The notes under the pieces were generated by a model that searched no databases, was not told the DNA's origin, and saw only the letters and a list, made by a program, of their open reading frames with translations. A stretch of 50,893 nt of DNA, counting the filler, from Dirinaria sp. TL-2023a (Eukaryota): assembly GCA_051941275.1 (NCBI GenBank). It is 2 parts of 2 records of this genome, joined end to end, with 100 filler letters (N's around TTAATTAATTAA, not from the genome) between each part and the next. Parts side by side here need not be neighbours in the genome. Positions count along the whole stretch, not along the records: positions 25,554 to 50,893 come from JAVEBF010000174.1; 1 more part is not named here. One strand, written 5' to 3'. Within the stretch, counting starts at the first letter, position 1. Each line of letters begins with the position of its first letter. The position numbers and the translations under genes were made by a program. Shown piece after piece: positions 25,574-38,078 of the stretch.

Positions 25574-26285
25574 TTAGTTATTGCCTTTCCCCTTCTGGCT
25601 CTTGTGGGCTTTCGCTGCCTTCTGCTGCTTGCCTTGCTGCTTCCCCTTTGCCGCTTTGGTATTGGATGCGCCGGAGGCAGCGGCTGAGCCGGCGGTGGTA
25701 GTGCCTAGATGGTTCCGTATTAGCATGGTTTCGTAAAGGGTGGAAGGTACAACGGATGAGTTGAGTCTTGCTTCTCATGCGTGGGCTGGGGAAGTATGCA
25801 TTGAATGGTCCGAATTAGAACATTATCGGGCAAATATAACGTACCATTGCCTGCTGCGCCGTTGTTGGCGCATTCTCCAGCGGTTTTGTTACCCTTATGC
25901 TTATGGTGACGGGGCTCAAGGGGGACAGGTCCTCTCTTGTTGTTTCCTTTACTGCCCTTGGCTGCATCTCCTGTAGCGTCGGTAGTTCCCTGTGGTACGA
26001 ATGAGTATTACAGCAATTCCAGTGGATAGCTTGAGTTGATGAAAGCTGGCCTACGTTGCATGCCGCTGCTTGGGCTTTATTGGGCTGCGCAGCAGCATCC
26101 TTTTGCTGAGCAGCGCTACCTTGCTTCTTCTTATGGTGCCTGGGTAGGAGTGCTAGCCCGCTTATCGGAATCCTAGGCAAGGCGTCTCTGGAAATCAGTG
26201 AAAGAGATGCCGGAGCTGGGGCTGGCAAAGCCTGGACAGTCAGGCCGAGGGCGAGAAAGGAGAAGAGGAGTGTTTGGGCGTGCAT
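25574..26285 (-). CDS. Secreted Lys/Gly/Ala-rich repeat protein with Kex2-type processing sites
   Basis: Signal peptide plus two GT-AG introns. Spliced product: ...LLPR HHKKKQG...ACNGTT...GNNKR GPVPLEPR HHKHKGNK...ECANN...GTTT...KSQKGKGNN*. Confidence 0.8.
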
Positions 26286-27391
26286 AACGATAAAGTTCGT
26301 GATTGACTGAGAGTGGACTCGAAATATATAACACTGAAATGAATGTAAGATTACAAGTCCTGGCTAGCAGTGACTAAAGGTGGAACAATAGAGAAATAGA
26401 CTGAAGCCAACGTCGAAGCAATTGCAATGGTTGACTGGGTCGGAGAAAGGATGTGCAGATGGGAAACGATCCATAATATAGCTAGCCACAAGAGATGTTA
26501 ATATAGAACTCAGTTCAACTATGCAGTTGGAATCTGGCATTATTGACTTCGTGCATAAAAGCCTCTTGATAGATCGAGCGTGGTTGAAAGCCTCACCGTA
26601 GCAGATAAGATAGAGGCCGCTCCGCGCATGACCGTATCGACCAATACAGAAGCTCTTCACTGCATTCTTCATAGAGCTCATCGCATGGATGAGGGAAACG
26701 TCAGCGCCAGCGGGCAGTAGAAGTTACAGTTGAACCTGTTAGTGCAAGCGCATAAAGCCTTTCTCTATCACGAAACCCCATTGAACAAAGGACCGTCAAA
26801 GCGGTAATGCCATAGACCGCTGGGTATTCAAATATCCACACGGCTTAACTGAAGTTTCACGACTTAATCGGTGACCCGCAGAGTCATGCCGGACATTCTG
26901 AAACAGTCGTGTTACGTTTCCAGTATGTTGCCTATTGCACCCAAGTAGAACTAGATACGGTGGCCATGCCACGCTATTAGTCTCGACATGACCTGGCACG
27001 CACGTTGGAGCAGTTGATGATGCTTTTGAAGTGTATTCGGCCTCAGGGTGAGATGCGTAGGGTGAGAAGACACGTCGTCATGGCTGCCCACATATATCGA
27101 AGTACTTGTCCAATCCTGTAGTAAGGGTCCCCATAATATGGAGATCGAGGCTACAGATGGTCAAATGTGCAATTCAATGATGTCTATTTCGCCGTACGAG
27201 TACGATCGAATTGATAGAGCAGATACCGAACCAAGTACTGGCACGAAAAGGAAATCGCTGTGGAAACTAGCTCAGAAAAGGTCTAGCGTGTCTAGGCGAA
27301 GCCCACACAGAATGTCCGGCATCATCAAACTATTCAAGTTCAAGCGGTCACGCCTATACACCAACACTGATCAAACGGCATATCGGGCATC

Positions 27392-28041
<650 letters not shown>

Positions 28042-28292
28042 AGAATATCTTGTTGTGGAGATGGGCATGGAACGGTACATTGTGCAGGGCTTCTTCCGGA
28101 ACACAGCGTGTATAAGCAAGTTTAAGCAAGTTTTAGCACGTCAACTTTGACAGCAAAGGAACCTTACCACAAAAGCCATGGAGCTTGAACCTTAAAGTGC
28201 AGGAAGACGTCCGTACTTTGATCGTCCACAGATCACACCAACTTTGGAATTTGGGGGTTTGAAAAATCAAGGTATACTGCACGATAAAGCAT

Positions 28293-29325
28293 CTAGCTAT
28301 CTTCATGTGTCACAGCCATGTCCAGCACTTCCACCCTCCCTCTGCCTTTCGTCTCTCCACCTATGAATTCACTCAAACCCTTAAAAGCCCCCGGCTCTAC
28401 AAAACCCATTACTTCCCACTCCGAACCCATCGTATCTTGACTTTCGATCTGCTCAACATAACTCAATATTTTGTCCTTCACTGTACCAGCGACTTTTTCT
28501 CCATCAGCATCTGCTCCATCTTCCGAAGTTTCCTTTTTGGGCCCAACTTTCGCGGCCTGTTTTAGAATAGTTGTGGGACATGTGATCCTTAGTCTCATCC
28601 TTGCTCTCGTGACAGGAATTGGTTGCCAAGCAATCAGCGCCTTCATAGCTTCTAGAGCCTGGCTTTTCGCCGACTTCGTAGTCACGACGCCCGTCCAGGT
28701 TGGCCGTGGTTTTATCTTGTCATTGTTCTCACCGTTCGTCGGTGTTGCCGTCCCGCTTCCCTTACCCTCGTCGTGCTTCCCGCCTTGGCTGCTAAGCTGA
28801 TCCAGTGCCTTACATATTATGCCTGTTGTGTAGACTCTCTTGCTCTTTGGGTCGACCAGCTTGCCTGCCACAATATCAATAACTTCGTTATGTATCCTCT
28901 CAAGCTGCGCGTGCCGCTCCTTCTCTCCCACTTGCATCTCTCCTTTGTTGAGGATCTCAATTATTATGTCGTTCAATGGTGTCTTGTTCCCGAACGCTTT
29001 TGCAAGGTCCTCTTTAGGCGCGGTCTGACCTTTGCTGGCTGAGAAGAAGACGCTGGGGATTTGGAGGACATTATCAAGGTCCGTCTCAGTCCCTGAGCGG
29101 TATTCAAGAACTTTATTCTTGTAGCATGCTATCTCAAATCTTTTCTTCCCTGTGCGATTTTAGCAAGCTAAGCATAATCATAGGGTGCGTAGAGCCCACC
29201 CTTCTTCAGGCGCACAAGAGAGACGTTGGTGAGTCGAATTTGGTTCGACGGCTAAAGCATGATCATGAGCACCAGGAAAATACACTTGGGAATACCAAAC
29301 CAACCTGATTAATATTTTGAGGCAT
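28293..29325 (-). CDS. SDO1: Ribosome maturation protein SDO1/SBDS
   Basis: MPQNINQ|PSNQIRLTNVSLVRLKK..KRFEIACYKNKV; ILNKGEMQVGEKER; KSAKSQALEAMK; PIPVTRARMRLRI. Two 5' introns. Confidence 0.95.
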
Positions 29326-29641
29326 TGTAACGCATATACTCTTGTGAGGATCTATTTCCAATGTTGTAGCTAAGTAAGTGTGACTGTACCATACCAAGAC
29401 AGTCCACTAGTTCACATGCTCCGGGCGCGCAATCGATAAGAGGGTTGTGCCGAGGCTTTACGCTAGCTAGTAAGATCGTTCCTGATCAAAGCATCATCCA
29501 ATTTACAATATATTAATATTTTGAAGGAAGCGACTCTGCTTTTGTCGAAGCAAATACTTTTATGCCCAATGACTCAAATTGGTTGAGTCATTTGGTCGAG
29601 TCATTTGACCGAGCAACCCTCATAGATTTCAGTGAACAACA

Positions 29642-30939
29642 ATGGCTCCTCGAAAGGCTCCGAAAGCCCTGCTCTTCGATATTGGTGGTGTTTGCGTACG
29701 CTTTGTACCTCCTTAGCGTCGCGATTGTTGTTAATTAAAGTACGTTAGGTCCTTTCCCCTCTTCAGGCTATTGTAGAATTCGAGCAGAAGCACTCCATAC
29801 CAGCCGACTGGGTCAATTTTGCCATCTCACAACAAAATCCCAATGGGGCCTGGCAACGCCTCGAGCGTGGGGAGATCAAAATGGACAAGAGATTCTTCTC
29901 TTCATTCAACGCAGACCTCCGTAACGCGGCGGCATGGCAGAAGTTCCACACTTCTCGGAAGAAAGATCAAGGAAAGCTACGAAGTACCGCGCTGCACAGC
30001 CCCAGCACTCTCGGTGATCCAGTCAGTCTTCGAGCAGAACACTCGGAGACAGAACCCACAGAACATGATCGAGGGGCGAGGAGTGATGAAGGAGCACATG
30101 AAAAGCCAAAGGAAAAAGCAAACCAGATCGAGAGACCTGAAGGAAAGAGCAAATTGAGAGATGCGGCTTTGAAGAATCCCAGTCTCTTAGGGGACCCAGT
30201 CTCATTGCGGGCTGAAAATACCACTGTCAAATCGGAGTCAGCTTCAGTCCCTCCACCAGAAGCCCCTGCGCCCACACCTACATCTTTAAGCTCGGAGAAG
30301 CTCTCTATGGGGGAAAACCCGATTTACTCATCGTCTGATGAGTCATCTGTCCCACCACTGCCGCCTCTACCCAACATTGATGGCGAGGCACTCTTCTGGG
30401 CCATGATGGACCATGCGCGATCCCCAGACCCATATGTCTTTCCAGCACTTCTTCGCCTACAGTCTGCTCCTGCATCTCAACGACCACTTCTCGGCGCTCT
30501 CTCGAATACCGTCATATTCCCGCCCGGACACCCCTACAACCGCCTTCCGTCTGTGCCTGCTTCGTCAGAATCCACGCCATCAAGCCCTTCGTCTTCTCCG
30601 TCCTCTCGCTCATCAGTTTCGAGCAACGATGACCCACGGACGCACTTCGACATCTTTATCGCTTCCGCAGAAGTAGGTATGCGGAAGCCAGAGCCGAGGA
30701 TCTACAAGCTAGCAGCTGAGAAGCTTGACGAGCACGACAAGCAAAATGGTGGCAGTGGAGTCAGTCCAGAGGATATACTCTTCCTGGACGACATTGGAGA
30801 AAACCTGAAAGCCGCAAGGGACATGGGTATGCAGACGATAAAGGTCCAAAACGGAAAGACATTTAGAGCCGTGAAAGAGCTGGAAGCAGCAACAGGTCTG
30901 GAGCTGATGAATGAGAAAACAAGAAGGGCGAAGTTATAA
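29642..30939 (+). CDS. HAD-superfamily hydrolase (soluble epoxide hydrolase/ACAD10 N-terminal-like) with C-terminal PTS1
   Basis: LLFDIGGVC|VLSP (motif I, one intron), ALSNT (II), SAEVGMRKPEPRIY (III), LFLDDIGENLKAA (IV); ends -AKL. Confidence 0.9.
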
Positions 30940-31525
30940 GATCATCTTCGCAGATTACTTCGCGCACGCTAAGTCTGTCATATACATAGAACATATACTA
31001 GCACCAACCTAAATAAAATGAATCAGTACCGTCAAAAGATGAGTAAAGGCATCCAGCTACTGCAGGCCGATGCAGGCGCCGCAATCTTCAAATCGCCGTC
31101 CGTTTTGCAGGGTTAGAGGAATTTTGATGGCTTGCAGGCTTTGATACAAATGGCCGGACTATGGCAGAACGACCATAGCTTACTTGAATTCAGGACGCTT
31201 AGCTGCATCTAAAGTATTGTACCAGACTTCTTTGTGGGCTCTGAATTGGTGGTGCTGAGAGCGAAACAAATGTTTCAAATTGCGGAAGGCACTGCCGTTT
31301 CCCGAGCGTCTTGGCAAGGCTTTCGGGCCGAACATAATGCCGCGTTCAAGGTGTTCTGTTCTTTTTTGTGTTGGAGACCGAGTACTCGTGCAAAATTACG
31401 CCCTCTCTTTGCCTTCTGAGCGCATACAATTTCCTCAACGAGGTTCGCAGCGCATGCAAGTTGCTACCATCCAGGGCACTGTTTTGTAACCGTAGCACTG
31501 CCTCCGAAGTTTGGGGGCTTGCAAG

Positions 31526-33899
31526 ATGTCTACGGATTACAATTACGATACCGAGGGAGCATTTTATCCTTTCTTTGTTCTTACCATTACCTCTCTTATC
31601 ACACTACCCCTTTCGTATTCTCTGCTCAAACCCAGCAAAGGTACAAAGATCTTCAGGAACACTAAGACCCAGGCTCTGCTAACAAAAGAAAAGACTTAGA
31701 AAACACCGCCCCTCGAATCAAATCAGACTTCAAACCTTTAGACGAGGACCTGATACAAGGCCAAAGGAGGAAGCAATGGCGGCGCGAGAGGCGGATGAAA
31801 AGGATCGTTACAGTGGCAGTGGGCTATGCGCTCATGGCTTTCATGGCTTACCTGATCATGGTAACCAAAACCACCGCACCAAAAATTTGGGATCCATACG
31901 ACATCCTGGAGCTCTCAAGGTCGGCCAGCGAGCAGCAAATCAAGAAAAGATACAGGGATCTCTCGCGCGTCTATCATCCTGATAAAGCGCATCCTGACGA
32001 GTCGCAAAACCAGACTGTCGAGAGCATTAACGACTATTGGGTGGAGCTATCGAAGGCTTTCAAGGCTTTGACTGACGAGGAGGTGAGGAATAACTTCATC
32101 CAGTATGGCCATCCGGATGGAAAGCAAAGCTTCAGCATCGGCATTGCTCTGCCCAAATTTATCGTTACTGAGGGTAATGGCAAATACGTCCTGCTGGTGT
32201 ATGGCATGCTTTTGGGCGTACTCCTTCCCTACATTGTTGGCAAATGGTGGTACGGGACCCAGCGTATGACGAAAGATGGTGTTTTAGTAGCAAGTGCTAG
32301 TAATTTATTCAAAGAATATAAAGACGAGCTCACGGAAGGTGGCGTCATCAGCGCGCTGAGCTCTGGCGAGGAATTCAAAGAAGTGCTGAAAGGGAACAAG
32401 GTCGACGCCGGTCTCGGGAGGATTGAGAAGAGCCTTAATCAAGGCGATGCAGACCTATCGCCGACAGATCGCAGAAGAATTGAAGACTCCGAGGGTGTAA
32501 GGCGGAAAGCTCTGGCCTTGTTGTGGGCGTACCTTGGAAGAGTAAGGCTTGATGGGTCGAAGTTGGATGATGGTACGAGTTTCCAGCTTTCAGCGATTAT
32601 TCTTGCTAACTGAGCCCTCATCAGAGAAATACGAGATCGCACCGATAGCTTTTGCTATGAACGAGGCCTTCACTGCGGTCTCGCTTGCCTTTGGTAATGT
32701 TCCTGTCATCCTCTCAGCCTACCACGCATCGCAGAACCTGATCCAGGCTGTTCCGCCTGGCTCGTCTCCTCTCCTCCAGCTGCCACATATCACACCTTTG
32801 GTCGCCACCGCAATAGAAGGATCTGAATCAAGAACACACTTCACAGTGCAACAATTCATGGCAATGCCAGAATTCAAGCGGCGAAAGCTCGCGACCGATC
32901 AGCCTAATGTTTTGACGCCCGCGCAGTACAATTCTGCAGTGGCCGTTGCTCGTCAGCTGCCTCTTCTGAAAGTAGAAAAAGCTTTCTTCAAAGTCATGGG
33001 AGAACGACATATCACCACCGGCTCGCTTGTCCAATTTGTCATTAAAGCCCGTGTCATACCGCCAGGTACAGCAAATGTTCCCGAGGTCAACGAGCTTGAC
33101 CTTGAAGACGTTGACCCGGCAGAGGGTGATCTGGACGCACTTCTTGGCCGCAAATCGAAAAAGGCCGACAAAGCCAAGCAGCTGGAGCCTGGTACCGAGA
33201 CCAATTCCTCGCCAACATCTACTGACGAGGTTGAAAAACCACTCCAACCTCCACTCGCCTATGCTCCATATTTTGCACGAGATCACTCCCCTCGGTGGCA
33301 CGTCTTTCTTTCAGACAACAAGATGGCAAAGATTGCTGTGCCCCCATTCATACTGACTACATTCAACAAGCCCCTCTTCACTGCTACAGGCGAACCAACA
33401 TTCAATATGCAGACCTTCAAGATGCAGTTTCAAGCCCCGCCCCAGGCTGGAAAGTATCCTTTCGTAGCGCATATCATATGCGACAGCTACATCGGCATGG
33501 ACTCGACAGTGGAAGTGGTGTTAGCTGTTGAAGATGCAGCCAAGGCAGAGGATGTAGGCTCTGAGGACGAAATTAGTGAACCTGAAGAAGGTAAGCCCGC
33601 GTCTGGGCTCCTACGCTCTACGCTCTTTCCTCTGGAAGCTCACGCGCTAACATCTCCGGAAAGATTCACTCGCAGCACAAATGAATGCCTTCAAATCCGG
33701 CCAGCCCCTCTCACCTGGCACCGGCAAGCGCCGCAAGAAGACAGCTAGGGAGGAAGAATCAAGTGAGGATGAGAGTGATACAGAGGGCGAAGTGGACGAC
33801 GACACCAGTGAAACGAATACTGTAAGTTCACTTATAGTTGTACAACAGGGATTTTGACTAACTTGGGGTACCTCGCAGGACACTGACGAGGACGAATGA
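31526..33899 (+). CDS. SEC63: ER translocon J-domain subunit Sec63
   Basis: MSTDYNYDTEGAFYPFF; J-domain YHPDK; YGHPDGKQSFSIGIALP; Sec63/Brl domain (CDSYIG); acidic tail. Four introns at about 31641-31699, 32573-32624, 33591-33663 and 33822-33878. Confidence 0.96.
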
Positions 33900-34393
33900 T
33901 TGATTACTGTGGAGTTGACTTGTACGTTCCGCATTCAAGGGGGTGCTCCGCTGGGCATTTTCGGACTTTCCAGCATTAGATCATAGCGCACGGTGTTCTG
34001 GGTACCTTATCTGGAAAATTGGGGAAAACAAAAAAGCGGCTCTCTCTCTCACTGGGCAGGGCATCGTCGAGAAAGGGAAGTTCGGCTTCGTGTAAGATAG
34101 AAAAACTGCAATTCGTTTGCGAAAAAGGTGTGTAAAATTCGATAATGGACTACTATCAAAGACGTTCACCCTCCTTATTTCGGACACTGCCTAGACCCCA
34201 ATTCCATCTCCACACCATTATGAGCAATACTACAGGAGGTAGCGGAGGAATAGAGCAAGACCTGAACTCCACAGATACCTACCTTATCCTCCGTCCCTCG
34301 ACCATTAAGTCCTTTCCTACCACACCGGAACCCCCCTTCCCAGTCCCTGAAATAGCGTCAACGCTTCGAATCCTACAACTATAACTCTTCTTT

Positions 34394-34425
<32 letters not shown>

Positions 34426-34454
34426 GAAAAGAAAAGAAAAAGGGGAAAAAAAAA
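34394..34454. repeat. poly-A/(GAAAA)n simple repeat
   Basis: A13 followed by about 7 GAAAA-type units. Confidence 0.9.
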
Positions 34455-35235
34455 TCCAAAGACATCAATCCGTAGATCTCCTTTGATTGTTTAATTAAAA
34501 GTAAATCAGAGAGGAAAACTTATTTAAAAAAAAGCAGATTTATGGAAGAGGCCGGCGATGGAGAGATGTCCCTTGAGAGACCGCAAGTGCAAAGTATCCC
34601 ATGTCCCCGGCAGGGCGCTCCCTTCAAGCTCCCATCTAGGGAACTGGCAACTAATGACACAACGGCGATGGAATATAGTCCCTCCACCCCACACAATGGA
34701 GAGCTATCGTCAAATAGACGATTCGCTAAAACTTTGTATGGATATAACAGTGAGAAGTTTTCGCGAATAAGGAGCAGAAAGGCCTTAATGTATTACTGTA
34801 GATACTAAATCAGATAGGCCAAAGAACGAGCACCAATTCTTGTCCAGAGCATGGGATAAAGGTTCATTCGTGCGGGTAAGTGAATGATGATAGTGCGTGG
34901 GGAAATAATAAGGAGTGCGAATGCAGTGCACCATGGGCAATGAGTTGTTGCGTGGAATGCAATGCTTGTGAGAAACTATTCTGTTTTGCTCAGCCATGCT
35001 GAAAGTACAGATAGAAGAGTGCAGTTGTCCATTGAGTGCGAGCACTTCAGCTGTCCCGCGAGCTATCTACAGGATCGTTGTTGCGGATTTAATGCTGATT
35101 GCTTGCCCATTGCCAATACCTAAATAAAGAAGTTATCGTCTAGTAATAGAAAAGAAAAGGTTGTGGTTTCTTTATGCTTTGCCATCATAAGCAGATGGCA
35201 CGGACCGACTTCCTCGGAACGGACTTTTTGGTTCA

Positions 35236-38078
35236 TCAGATGTAGAACATGGTGTTCTGCATTTTGCCATGAATTTCTCCATTCCAGGAGACGCGAGGGT
35301 CGAAAACCGAGCCTTTGGATGTCCGCCCGTTCAACTCCGAGTGCAAGTAGCAGCGAGCACGGTCGCACAAGAGGTCTGCAAAGTAGGCTGGCGGGCACAC
35401 GGAGACAGCCTTCGTGGCACTAGAGACAGGCAGCGAATTAGTCAAGCAAAGAAACAGCATATATCAATGGAGGGACAGCTTACCGGCCGTACATGTAAGA
35501 GAGATTGTGCGTCTAGGAGTCCGATCCGTTAGCATTCATGCCAGCGTACATGAAGTCTTGACGAGTCTACTCGCACTTACTGTCTTCTGCAATTCGTCTA
35601 CACCCAGCTCGATTTCGTCATGTACGACAACATAGTGGATCGGTCTTGCTGTTCCTTTCAAAGGTTTATGGGGTTGGAGAAAGAAGTTGTAGCCTTTCTC
35701 CATGGTGATGCCTTGATCGAGAACCTTACAGCCATGATGAGATAGAATTCCCAACAGTAACGATCACGAGCCTACCGTTCCTGGGACAGGATTTCCTTGT
35801 AGACCACCACTGGCATCCTGTGTGAACATACGAGTATGGTGCCGTTTGCCAACGATCAAGATAGAAATTTTGGGTAAGGGTTCGTTTTGGTACTGGCTCT
35901 GGCAGGCCGCCTTGATGCTAGGCAGCTCGAAGGTCAAGACCTGGGAATACTGCCCTTCCGATACCCCATCACGATAGACCAAGATCTTCGATGGCAATGA
36001 CTTATTACGTTCCTGCCAATAAGCCAATCGCTCCATGACCATGTCACTGAGAGGTTCTTTCACCATTTCTTCCCTCGCTTTGAGTTGTAGGCGAATGCTT
36101 GGAGCCCACTGTGCGTACTTTCCGTCAATACTTGCGACCAAGCCGGCTATTGATGGAGTGTTTTTTTGAGCTGTTGGACTTGGGTGGGTAACGTCATATC
36201 CTATGACCATCGTCTTGCCGTCTTTCAATACTCCCAGGTCATCGCCATTCAATGACTGATTGACTCCACCGAATTTAAGATTAACTTTGAGCTAGGATTG
36301 GTCAGCAATTTATGAGATTTTCAAGAGTCCCTTCATACCGTAAGATTGGCATGATACGCTGCCGTAGGCTTGCAGAAATTTTTAGCGATCGCACAAACGG
36401 TGTGGATCCCGTACTGCACGTCGGCAAAGTACTTGATCTTGGAGTACAATGGTATGTTGTATTGTGGCAATATAACCAACAGCAGGTCGAGAGGTGCTCC
36501 TGCAGCTTTACGGATTGCGTCGGAGGCACTCTCAGGCTTCTCGTACACATCCTTTGGAAGTATTACTCCGGCCTGAGGATTGAACTTAGCACGGGATATA
36601 CCACAATATCTGAGAGCCTTCTTGAACTGTTCGATGCCTGGTTTGAATCTGGCGTTATCAAATTGCCCTATCGACAAGAAGGTCCAATTGATATCGCTCT
36701 TCCCTACGGTAGAAAACTTCACACCCATCAAGTTCCACGATCCATCTGTTGGCTGAAACGCTTTTGGCATTGGTGTTGCCGGGTTAATCGCTTGGTATAT
36801 AACCATAGGAGCGTCAAGGATGCGAGCTTCCACAGTGATCATGCGTGGCTGAACCTCAAGTCGGAATCCCGTAGGATCGTCCTGGTCCTCTGCAATGCCC
36901 AAGGTTTGGCAGCCTTCCCCCAGGATACTTTGAGCTTTCTCTCGGGGGGGTTGAAGGGCAGCTTTAATCATTAAGCTGGTAAGATCTGCTGGTACCACTC
37001 TTCGGTACAGCTGATGCGGCAGCACTTCGCAAAGCTCAGGAGGAATCCAGACCGGAGATGTGGCTTTGGGTGCCCTAACATCCACAAGTGGAGCCCAGGC
37101 CTTCTGTAGAGTGATCCCGTGCTTTTTCTGAAAAAAATACTCGACACTGACATCGTTCACATTGTCAAGCTCCTTACAGCGAAACTTAGTGTCTTTGGCA
37201 GAAGAATGCTCTCCCACGCCAACAATTGTTTTGATTACTCGGCGGATCTGGCCCTTGTTGGGGCCTTCATCAAACTTCAAATATCGAGTACTTACCCGTA
37301 AACCTGGGAGGAATTGACTCCAAGGGATATGCTCATGCTTCGCTTGCAACATGAGGTCTAGCAAGTTCATCTCGTTGTAGAACGCCGAGGTACAAGCGTT
37401 CAGATTAACAAGCAGGCTACCCGCAGTGCTTCGTACACTTGCATAGTAGCCTCGACGAACCAAAAAAAATCCGCGCAGTGATTGCTCGTTGCCCAGTGGA
37501 AAGAATTTCGAATTTCTACCCGCAGATATAATGTTATGATCTCTGTTGGCGTTTTGTGTCACGACGGCGTTCAACGCCTTAATGATAGCCTCTTTCTCAT
37601 CGAATCGAGGAATTGAGTTTTTGGGGGCAAGATAGTCCAATAGCTCATTGAGAGGTAACAAACGGTCGTAAGCGATCTCCAGATTGTATGTCGGCGCATC
37701 TGAGCTCGGCTGTGTTTCCAACTCGTTGAAGTATTTGACCTGGAAGTGCATGGGCTCGCGCGGCTCAGTGTTCAATATTCTCGGGCTAATGAGAAATGCT
37801 TCGTAATCGGTAGCTACGGTTGGATGATGTTCTCTAAAGAAATTGTCCTGCAAAAGGAGCCCAATCAGTCGTCGCTTCCTTCGATAGCCTAGAAGTTCTG
37901 GTTTTACGAGTATCTTTATCGAGTATTTGTGAAGCTGAACGCCAGGTTTAAAATTCAGCCGAAAATAGTTGGCGAATAGTTTAAGTGCCCTTCCTTTTGT
38001 GCCATAGCCTGGTCGCGATGGCAGGAGCGCCTGTGGTTCGGTTTTGGGCTCCTTTGGGCTGATAACAAGATCTGCCAT
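35236..38078 (-). CDS. Argonaute/PIWI protein (QDE-2-like family), apparently intact
   Basis: RPGYGTKGR..KLFANYF; PAZ-end WIPPELCEVLP; LKVNLKFGGVNQ; GYDVTHP; VYRDGVSEGQ; VGKRHHTR; GTARPIHYVV; RATKAVSVCPPAYFADLLC; ends TMFYI*. Four introns in the 3' half. Confidence 0.96.

Noticed and set aside
36312..36974. 220-aa plus-strand ORF
   Set aside because: Antisense shadow of Argonaute with no recognisable features.
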